A stretch of DNA of 32,000 bases from Corynebacterium glutamicum ATCC 13032 (GTDB lineage: Bacteria; Actinomycetota; Actinomycetes; Mycobacteriales; Mycobacteriaceae), in NCBI RefSeq assembly GCF_000011325.1, contig NC_003450.3, positions 1,440,001-1,472,000 on the forward strand, read 5' to 3'. This document shows, one piece after another, positions 9,116 through 18,111 of the stretch. The notes beneath the pieces are model-generated. The model saw nothing but the letters and a program-made list of their open reading frames with translations. It was not told the origin of the DNA and made no database searches. How positions within the stretch are numbered: the first letter of the stretch is position 1; each line of letters starts with the position of its first letter. Made by a program: the position numbers and the translations under genes.

Positions 9116-9940
9116 TTAGTTTGCGTTTAATCCGTGCTTGATCGTGTCGAGAGCAATTTTAAAGTGGCTTTCAGCAGCGTTAATAATGCTAGTTGGAGTT
9201 GCGGGATCAAAGACCCGAAGCAACGAAAAACGAAATGTGTCGGGCTTAAGCTGTTTGAGTTTTACGTTTCCGCCATGTCCATTGGTGGCGTAGCTGTTCC
9301 AGCGTTGGCGTATGTTTTCTAGTCCTTCAGCTTTGCCGACATAGTGGCGGCCAGTACGGGTATCGGTAATGAGGTAAATACCTTTGACAGCACCAAGAGC
9401 TGTGCGCCACGAAGCATAGGCAGGTTCACGCATCACTTCTTGAAGAAATGGGTAGCTCAGGACAAGATTGTCGAAACCTGGAAACGGAATAGGCTCCGCA
9501 TCGGCAATAGTATCCACGGTGTATAGGGCAGCAGTAGTGCCCTTAATCCACCACTTGCGTGGTGAATTCCAACGAATAACGAGTCTGCCTGCAAGGTCAT
9601 CCATGAGTTCAATCTCAGTAAGGTTGAAGACTCTGCGTACGCCATCATTGGTGACTTCGCCGTGGTTTTCCACCACTTTCCATAGTCGAGCCTGCGAGCC
9701 ACCTTCTCGGATGAACACCATCCAGAAGCGTGGCGGATTCAGTGGGAATCTACGCGGATCACTTGACTGGCTAGCTGTGTAGGCGAGAATCTCTTCGTCT
9801 TTAGATTCACGGGTAATACCATTGGAATTGGTGTCCTCGTGGATCGAAATAAATACATGACGCATTGCTAACGCATCTTCAGGATTGATTCCCGCAGCCT
9901 GCAAAATTGGCTTCAAGAGCAATGTCATGGTCGATCTCAC
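9116..9940 (-). CDS. GIY-YIG nuclease family protein with an uncharacterised ~165-aa N-terminal domain
   Basis: 274-aa ORF from GTG 9940; an alternative ATG at 9928 gives MTLLLKP.... Neither start has an obvious SD. The C-terminal module KGIYLITDTRTGRHYVGKAEGLENIRQRWNSYATNGHGGNVKLKQL...FRFSLLRVF...ESHFKIALDT...GLNAN matches the GIY...YVG...R...GGN...E layout of GIY-YIG nucleases. By eye the DNA is AT-richer than its neighbours. Confidence 0.8.
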   Translation of the reverse strand: MRSTMTLLLKPILQAAGINPEDALAMRHVFISIHEDTNSNGITRESKDEEILAYTASQSSDPRRFPLNPPRFWMVFIREGGSQARLWKVVENHGEVTNDGVRRVFNLTEIELMDDLAGRLVIRWNSPRKWWIKGTTAALYTVDTIADAEPIPFPGFDNLVLSYPFLQEVMREPAYASWRTALGAVKGIYLITDTRTGRHYVGKAEGLENIRQRWNSYATNGHGGNVKLKQLKPDTFRFSLLRVFDPATPTSIINAAESHFKIALDTIKHGLNAN

Positions 9941-10203
9941 AATTCATTAATGAAGGCGGGTTTGGCCTGTAGGTTGAACTATTAACAGGCCGTAGATAGT
10001 TATTTTTCCTTGTTGCTAAAGTACACCGAGTCTTATCCATTTGGTGCGAAGGATTCCGATTCAGTCACTGCATAGATTCACATTTGCGCTGGCGCACTTC
10101 GCCTTGCGACTAGATTGGAAACTATGTGCCAATGATCAATCCCCGTGTCCACCCCAGGAGATATGGTTCCAGGAGTTACTGCACCAACCCATGGGGAGGA
10201 ATC

Positions 10204-10695
10204 ATGAGAGTGAACAGGGAATTTGGCTGGGAAGAAGTCGGCCCAAGCCAAGAAGGGGAACGATTCACTTTTAGTGATGAAGCAGTCAGACACATGGTTG
10301 ATATCAATGAGCGATTCAAGGCGCTTCAAGCCGAGCATCCTGTTGTCCAGCGGTTTCTGGAACATGACTCGGAAAAAGATCAGGTTTTAGATGAGATCTA
10401 CAAGTCATTGGCGTCGGAGGTTATCTACTTTTCGTCGCAGTCTGGGTTGATGATTTCTTTTGATTGGATGGGCTGGGAAGAAGCAAACTACTGGCTATTT
10501 TCCGAAAGATCCAATAAAGGGGAGTCAGTGAACATGGAGACTGTAATGGATGTGGAGACTGCGAGAAAGTTGATAACCGCATTGGTCCGTTCTGAGTATT
10601 TTGGCTACTACACACCAACTGGTTTTCTTAAAAACGGTAACTTTTTGTTTATTTTTGACCGCTTAACCGGGATGATTGCACGCGGTGAACGTTGA
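10204..10695 (+). CDS. Hypothetical small acidic Trp-rich protein (C-terminal motif resembles DUF6508 from memory)
   Basis: The ORF track starts at 10126, but the ATG at 10204 has GGGGAGGA 3-4 nt upstream. This gives 163 aa: MRVNREFGWEEVGPSQEGERFTFSDEAVRHM...FDWMGWEEANYWLF...ETARKLITALVRSEYFGYYTPTGFLKNGNFLFIFDRLTGMI. No catalytic motif was recognised. Confidence 0.6.
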   Translation: MRVNREFGWEEVGPSQEGERFTFSDEAVRHMVDINERFKALQAEHPVVQRFLEHDSEKDQVLDEIYKSLASEVIYFSSQSGLMISFDWMGWEEANYWLFSERSNKGESVNMETVMDVETARKLITALVRSEYFGYYTPTGFLKNGNFLFIFDRLTGMIARGER

Positions 10696-10890
10696 GCCCT
10701 AGGGGAGTGGTCGGCACGCATGCGCGCGCGATAGTACATAGACTGGGAGCAGGCTTCCAAGGAAATGAAGCTGAGAAACAGGTTAATTCACTTAAACGTC
10801 ACCTTATTTATGCATTATGTTGGTTTCAGACTCGAACAATTCAATTAGAAAACACTAATCGGACATTTAGGTCACATAACATTTCCGCTC

Positions 10891-11823
10891 GTGTCCACAT
10901 TAATTTCTGAACCCGAGGTGGATAAGCTACGTAAACGTGCCAAGAGATCAAGGCGGACAGAATGGTGGCTTGCCGCCGCACTTCTTGCCCCAAACTTGCT
11001 TCTCTTGGCCATCTTTACGTATCGGCCACTGTTAGATAACTTCCGGTTGTCCTTTTTCAACTGGAACATTTCCTCGCCCACATCAACCTTCATTGGGTTT
11101 GATAACTACGTTGAGTTCTTCACTCGTAGTGACACTCTCCAAGTTGTTTTAAACACCGTCATCTTCACGGCATGTGCTGTGATCGGATCGATGGTGCTCG
11201 GTTTGCTCCTGGCCATGTTGTTGGATCAGAAGCTTTTCGGCCGTAACTTTGTGCGTTCCATGGTGTTTGCCCCGTTTGTGATTTCCGGTGCTGCCATTGG
11301 TGTTGCTTTCCAGTTCGTTTTTGACCCTAATTTTGGTTTGGTTCAGGACTTGCTGGGACGCATCGGCGTTGATTCGCCACAGTTCTACCAAAACCCTAAC
11401 TGGGCATTGTTCATGGTGACGTTCACTTTCGTGTGGAAGAACTTGGGCTACTCCTTTGTTATCTACCTGGCTGCATTGCAGGGGCTAAACAAGGATTTGT
11501 CTGAGGCCGCAGCGGTGGATGGCGCGAGCGCGTGGACACGTTTTTGGAAGGTTACTCTTCCGCAGCTTCGCCCAACCACGTTCTTCCTTTCTATTACTGT
11601 CACGCTGAACTCGGTTCAGGTCTTCGACATCATTCACACCATGACTCGTGGTGGCCCCTTGGGTAACGGTACGACCACCTTGGTTTACCAGGTGTACACC
11701 GAGACTTTCACCAACTATCGCGCGGGATATGGTGCAACAATCGCAACGATTTTGTTCCTGTTGCTGCTGATTATCACTGTTATCCAGGTTCGATACATGG
11801 ATAAGGAGAACAAGCAGAAATGA
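10891..11823 (+). CDS. ugpA: ABC transporter permease (sn-glycerol-3-phosphate/carbohydrate type, MalF-like)
   Basis: 310-aa ORF with 6 predicted hydrophobic helices and the EAA loop LSEAAAVDGASAWTRFWKVTLPQLRP. The GTG start at 10891 has no clear SD, so the 5' end is uncertain. It is the first gene of a permease-permease-binding protein-ATPase operon next to glpQ. Confidence 0.85.
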   Translation: MSTLISEPEVDKLRKRAKRSRRTEWWLAAALLAPNLLLLAIFTYRPLLDNFRLSFFNWNISSPTSTFIGFDNYVEFFTRSDTLQVVLNTVIFTACAVIGSMVLGLLLAMLLDQKLFGRNFVRSMVFAPFVISGAAIGVAFQFVFDPNFGLVQDLLGRIGVDSPQFYQNPNWALFMVTFTFVWKNLGYSFVIYLAALQGLNKDLSEAAAVDGASAWTRFWKVTLPQLRPTTFFLSITVTLNSVQVFDIIHTMTRGGPLGNGTTTLVYQVYTETFTNYRAGYGATIATILFLLLLIITVIQVRYMDKENKQK

Positions 11824-12656
11824 TCTCGACTGATAGAAACGTTTTGGTCAAAATCATGGGCTATGTCGGCATGGTTCTTGCCATCTTGTTCATTGGCCTT
11901 CCGCTGGTATTTATTGTGCTGACTAGCTTCAAGCAGCAGTCAGAGATTTACACCCAGCCGGTCACGTGGTTCCCTTCGGAATTTAATTTCGATAACTATG
12001 CAAATGTTTTCGAGCGGGTTCCGTTCCTGAACTACTTCCGCAACTCGATCATCATCACGGTTATTTTGTGTCTGGTGAAGATTATCTTGGGTGTGATCTC
12101 TGCATATGCGTTGTCGATTTTGCGCTTCCCGGGTCGAAACCTTGTGTTCTTGCTGGTTATCTCCGCGCTGATGGTGCCTTCCGAAGTGACTGTTATTTCC
12201 AACTATGCGTTGGTCAGTCAGCTTGGTTGGCGCGATACCTACCAGGGCATCATCGTTCCGCTAGCGGGTATTGCTTTCGGAACGTTCCTCATGCGTAACC
12301 ACTTCATGTCTATTCCTTCTGAGCTCATTGAAGCTGCGCGAATGGATCACTGTGGACACTTCAGGTTGCTCTGGAAGGTTTTGCTTCCAATCTCTATGCC
12401 TACGTTGGTGGCGTTCTCCATGATCACCGTGGTGAATGAATGGAACCAATACCTGTGGCCTTTCCTGATGGCAGAAACCGATAATTCAGCAACTCTGCCC
12501 ATTGGTTTGACCATGCTTCAAAACAATGAGGGTGTCTCCAACTGGGGACCTGTCATGGCCGCAACGATCATGACCATGTTGCCTGTGCTTGTGATGTTCT
12601 TGGCACTGCAGCAGTACATGATCAAGGGACTTATCTCCGGCGCCGTCAAGGGCTAA
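11820..12656 (+). CDS. ugpE: ABC transporter permease (MalG-like)
   Basis: 278-aa ORF. Its ATG overlaps the ugpA stop (ATGA at 11820-11823), indicating translational coupling. EAA loop LIEAARMDHCGHFRLLWKVLLPISMP. Confidence 0.88.
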   Translation: MISTDRNVLVKIMGYVGMVLAILFIGLPLVFIVLTSFKQQSEIYTQPVTWFPSEFNFDNYANVFERVPFLNYFRNSIIITVILCLVKIILGVISAYALSILRFPGRNLVFLLVISALMVPSEVTVISNYALVSQLGWRDTYQGIIVPLAGIAFGTFLMRNHFMSIPSELIEAARMDHCGHFRLLWKVLLPISMPTLVAFSMITVVNEWNQYLWPFLMAETDNSATLPIGLTMLQNNEGVSNWGPVMAATIMTMLPVLVMFLALQQYMIKGLISGAVKG

Positions 12657-12707
12657 AAACTTCTCGCTAAAAACTTCTCGCTAAAGGCTTCTCCTAGAAG
12701 CTTCTCC
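12654..12707 (+). repeat. Four tandem 13-14-nt repeats starting at the ugpE stop codon
   Basis: TAAAAACTTCTCGC (12654-12667) and TAAAAACTTCTCGC (12668-12681) are identical. TAAAGGCTTCTCC (12682-12694) and TAGAAGCTTCTCC (12695-12707) follow. The shared core is CTTCTC. Units 3 and 4 can also fold as GCTTCT-cct-AGAAGC (12687-12701). Confidence 0.85.
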
Positions 12708-12726
12708 ATGGGTTAACACAACCCAT
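12708..12726 (+). promoter_or_regulatory. Perfect 7-bp hairpin in the ugpE-ugpB spacer
   Basis: ATGGGTT-aacac-AACCCAT, 31 nt upstream of the ugpB ATG. There is no following T-run, so it is not a canonical terminator. It may be an mRNA stability or processing element. Confidence 0.55.
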
Positions 12727-12757
12727 ATCCCTCCCACTACATATATAAGGACTGAAA

Positions 12758-14074
12758 ATGGCTCAGATTTCTCGTCGTCACTTCCTGGCTGCAGCAACTG
12801 TTGCAGGCGCAGGCGCAACTTTGGCAGCATGTGCGGGTACCGGTGGAAGCACTTCTTCCTCCAGCGATTCTGGTTCAGAGAGTGACACCAACACCATCGT
12901 TTGGTGGTCTAACCACCCAGCGAACTCCAAGGACGTTGAGCTGGAGCTGATTTCCCGCTTCGAGGCTGAAAACCCAGATCTGAAGGTTCAGCTGGTTGAT
13001 GCTGGAGCTAACTACGCTGAGGTTTCCCAGAAGTTCAATGCCGCTCTTTCTGGCGGCGACCTTCCTGACCTCGTGGTTCTTTCTGACACCGAGTGGTTTA
13101 ACTTCGCCATCAACGGCGCAACCGTGAACATCGATGAGGTTGCAAAGCGCAACAACATCGACACCTCCACCTACGTTGACTCCCTGTTCAATGACTACTC
13201 ACACGAGGGTGGCCACTATGGTTTGCCTTTCGCTCGCTCCACTGTCCTCTTCTACTACAACAAGGATCTGTGGGCTAAGGCTGGCCTGGAAGATCGTGGC
13301 CCAGAGTCATGGGAAGAGTTCTCCGAGTGGGGTCCAAAGCTGCAGGAAGCGATGGACAGTGGTTTCGCACACGGTTGGGGAGATGCAACCAACTACCTTT
13401 CTTGGACTTTCGAAGGCCCAATGTGGTCCCTCGGCGGCAACTACTCTGAAGGTTGGGAGTCCCGTCTGACTACCCCAGAGACCATCCGTGCAGTTGAGTG
13501 GCTCAAGTCCACCGTTGATGAAGGTTTCGCAACCGTCTCCACCGACGTCACCAACGAGTTCGCAACCGGCCTGATCGGTTCATGCATCCAGTCCACCGGT
13601 GATCTGTCTTCGGTTGCCGGCGCTGCAAGCTTCGACTGGGGCGTAGCAGCACTTCCTAACCCAACCGGCGAGGGCGCTTGCCCAACCGGTGGCGCAGGCC
13701 TGGGAATCCCATCTGGCATCTCTGAGCAGCGTCAGGACAACGCCCTGAAGTTCATCGACTTCCTCACCAACGCCGCGAACACTGGCTACTGGTCCCGCGA
13801 GACCGGTTATGTTCCAGTTCGTAAGGATGCTGCATCTGATCCAGATCACGCAGCATTCCTCGAGGAGAACCCTGCATACAACGTTGCAGTGGAGCAGCTT
13901 CCTGATACCCGTTCCCAGGACAACTTCCGCGTGCTGCTGCCAAACGGTGACCGCACCATCGGTGACGCACTGGAGAAGATCTGCCTGACTGGTGCAGACA
14001 TCGATGTCACCCTGGCTGAGGTTGAGACCAAGCTGAACACCATCTACACCCGCGACATCGAACCACTTATTTAA
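12758..14074 (+). CDS. ugpB: ABC transporter substrate-binding lipoprotein (family 1; sn-glycerol-3-phosphate/glycerophosphodiester type)
   Basis: 438-aa ORF with AAGGA 8 nt upstream. The N-terminus MAQISRRHFLAAATVAGAGATLAACAG combines a twin-arginine-like SRRHFL motif with the lipobox LAAC. It is followed by a Ser-rich linker and a typical sugar-type binding-protein body (IVWWSNHP...). Confidence 0.88.
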   Translation: MAQISRRHFLAAATVAGAGATLAACAGTGGSTSSSSDSGSESDTNTIVWWSNHPANSKDVELELISRFEAENPDLKVQLVDAGANYAEVSQKFNAALSGGDLPDLVVLSDTEWFNFAINGATVNIDEVAKRNNIDTSTYVDSLFNDYSHEGGHYGLPFARSTVLFYYNKDLWAKAGLEDRGPESWEEFSEWGPKLQEAMDSGFAHGWGDATNYLSWTFEGPMWSLGGNYSEGWESRLTTPETIRAVEWLKSTVDEGFATVSTDVTNEFATGLIGSCIQSTGDLSSVAGAASFDWGVAALPNPTGEGACPTGGAGLGIPSGISEQRQDNALKFIDFLTNAANTGYWSRETGYVPVRKDAASDPDHAAFLEENPAYNVAVEQLPDTRSQDNFRVLLPNGDRTIGDALEKICLTGADIDVTLAEVETKLNTIYTRDIEPLI

Positions 14075-14114
14075 TCCGAGCACTTCAGCTACACCTATTT
14101 AAGGAGGCTGTGAC

Positions 14115-15341
14115 ATGGCGTCAATCGTCTTTGAAAACGTCACACGCAAATACTCTCCGGGCGCACGCCCGGCCGTCGACAAGCTTAATTTGGAAATCGC
14201 CGACGGCGAGTTCCTAGTTCTCGTTGGACCCTCAGGCTGTGGAAAGTCCACTTCTTTGCGCATGCTGGCTGGTCTTGAGCCTATCGACGAGGGACGTCTA
14301 CTCATTGATGGTAAAGACGCCACGGAACTGCGTCCGCAGGATCGTGACATCGCTATGGTCTTCCAGAGCTACGCGCTGTACCCGAATATGACTGTTCGGG
14401 ACAACATGGGCTTTGCGCTGAAGAATCAGAAGGTGGCTAAGGCTGAGATCGAAAAGCGTGTTGCTGAAGCCTCACGCATTCTGCAGCTGGATCCGTATCT
14501 TGATCGTAAGCCTGCAGCTTTGTCTGGTGGTCAGCGCCAGCGCGTGGCCATGGGCCGTGCAATTGTGCGTGAGCCATCGGTGTTCTGCATGGATGAGCCA
14601 CTGTCCAACCTAGATGCGAAGCTGCGTGTGTCTACGCGTGCGGAGATCTCTGGTTTGCAGCGTCGCATGGGCGTGACCACGGTGTATGTGACTCACGATC
14701 AGGTCGAGGCCATGACCATGGGTGATCGCGTCGCTGTGCTTTTGCTCGGTGTGCTGCAGCAAGTAGACACCCCGCAGAACCTGTACGACTACCCAGCAAA
14801 TGCGTTCGTCGCCAGCTTCATTGGTTCCCCTTCCATGAACTTGATTGAGGGCACCATCCGTGGCGATAAGGTCACTTTGGGTACTGGAATTCAGATTTCA
14901 GTTCCTGATGAGGTGGCAGCAGAGGTTCGCAACAACCCGGATCGCTTTGAGGGTCGTCCAGTCATTGTTGGTGCTCGTCCCGAGCACATGTATTTGACCA
15001 CGGCGAATGAGAGTGGTGCTGTATTGGGCGAAGTCAGCCACATTGATGAGCTCGGCGCGGATTCAATGGTCTACGTATTGGCGTCTGGTGTGAAGAACCC
15101 GAATACTGATCTTTTGGGTGAGGGCATTCCAGAGGATATGCGCGTGACCGTTGTCGGTGCTGAAGAGACCGATAAGGCCCGGCTGGGTATTCGTGTTGAG
15201 CGCCATCACGGTCTGAAGGCCGGCGATAAGGTGCACGTTGTTGCTGCACCGAAGGATGTTCACCTCTTCGACGGTCTTGATGGCCGTCGAATCGGTGCAA
15301 CGGTTCTAGCTCCAGCCCATACAGTCCAGGCTGGTCACTAG
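14115..15341 (+). CDS. ugpC: ABC transporter ATP-binding protein (MalK/UgpC type with C-terminal regulatory domain)
   Basis: 408-aa ORF with AAGGAGG upstream. It has Walker [11 protein letters not shown]-loop, signature [14 protein letters not shown], Walker [13 protein letters not shown], and H-loop VTHDQ. Confidence 0.93.
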   Translation: MASIVFENVTRKYSPGARPAVDKLNLEIADGEFLVLVGPSGCGKSTSLRMLAGLEPIDEGRLLIDGKDATELRPQDRDIAMVFQSYALYPNMTVRDNMGFALKNQKVAKAEIEKRVAEASRILQLDPYLDRKPAALSGGQRQRVAMGRAIVREPSVFCMDEPLSNLDAKLRVSTRAEISGLQRRMGVTTVYVTHDQVEAMTMGDRVAVLLLGVLQQVDTPQNLYDYPANAFVASFIGSPSMNLIEGTIRGDKVTLGTGIQISVPDEVAAEVRNNPDRFEGRPVIVGARPEHMYLTTANESGAVLGEVSHIDELGADSMVYVLASGVKNPNTDLLGEGIPEDMRVTVVGAEETDKARLGIRVERHHGLKAGDKVHVVAAPKDVHLFDGLDGRRIGATVLAPAHTVQAGH

Positions 15342-15346
15342 ATTAT

Positions 15347-16066
15347 TTACCAGTGCAACTCCCCAGCAGGGGAGGGCGCGAGGAAACGAGAGGGATCGCT
15401 AACAGTGGCGTAATCAACGCCAGCTTGTTGTGCGATCCCAAACGCATTTTCATCCCGAATTGTCCAGCAGCCAACCTTGATTCCCTTGGTATGTAGATCA
15501 GCAATTGACGCCACGTTTAGTGCTTTCCACGAGGGCAAGATCGCGCCCACATTTTTTAGCGGGATGTAATCAAGAATGCGCAGATCATCCATGGACGCAT
15601 CGCGCAAGATTCCCACGCGAGCTTCTGGCAGTCGATCCACGATTTCCACCAGTGCTGCATCGATGAAACTGATGAACAGCAGGCGCTCCAGGTGCTCTGG
15701 GTATTTCTGCAATAATGCTGCGGCTGCTGGAACTGCACCGGCAGATTTGATTTCCACTTGGATCGGCAGGCTCGTCTGGAGTAGAACTTCCTCCAGGGTT
15801 GGTACGGGGGATCCGTCGATAAGCGTTATCTCCTTGATTTGCGCGGCGCTTAAGCGCGCAACCGGGGTGTCGCGGTGCAGGGAATCTGGCGCGGCAACAC
15901 GCGCTGCGGTGCGGTCGTGGATAACGATGACCTGATTGTCAGCGGTGGCGTGGATATCCAGCTCAAAAGCGTCAGCGGGCGCGGCAGCCTGGAAAGCGGT
16001 CATGGTGTTTTCGAGGTGCAGATCTTCCGCACCGCGATGGGCAACAATGTGCATATTCTTATACAT
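15347..16066 (-). CDS. glpQ: Glycerophosphodiester phosphodiesterase
   Basis: 239-aa ORF. MHIVAHRGAEDLHLENTMTAF contains the HRG...ENT GDPD signature, with FELDIH and a later W/D pattern. An alternative start is the second ATG at 16054. It lacks a signal peptide and so is probably cytoplasmic. Its stop lies 5 bp from the ugpC stop. Confidence 0.85.
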   Translation of the reverse strand: MYKNMHIVAHRGAEDLHLENTMTAFQAAAPADAFELDIHATADNQVIVIHDRTAARVAAPDSLHRDTPVARLSAAQIKEITLIDGSPVPTLEEVLLQTSLPIQVEIKSAGAVPAAAALLQKYPEHLERLLFISFIDAALVEIVDRLPEARVGILRDASMDDLRILDYIPLKNVGAILPSWKALNVASIADLHTKGIKVGCWTIRDENAFGIAQQAGVDYATVSDPSRFLAPSPAGELHW

Positions 16067-16102
16067 CCTTTTCTGTGGGCTTTTTAAGGATAGGGAGCAA
16101 AG

Positions 16103-18069
<1,967 letters not shown>

Positions 18070-18111
18070 CTCATCCCGCACACGACTTATATATAGGAGC
18101 AAAATTCCACC

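Noticed and set aside
10126-10203. Upstream extensions offered by the ORF track: 10126 for the small acidic protein, 21085 for the SGNH hydrolase and 28532 for argF.
   Set aside because: In each case an internal ATG has a much better Shine-Dalgarno sequence and yields the expected N-terminus (a signal peptide for SGNH; the conserved [11 protein letters not shown] for argF). The extensions overlap upstream genes or regulatory DNA.
12654-12707. Whether the 13-14-nt tandem repeats (and the 20696-20806 array) could be a CRISPR array.
   Set aside because: The units are far too short and directly abut or sit 14-15 bp apart with no unique spacers of 25-40 bp. There are no cas genes in the window.
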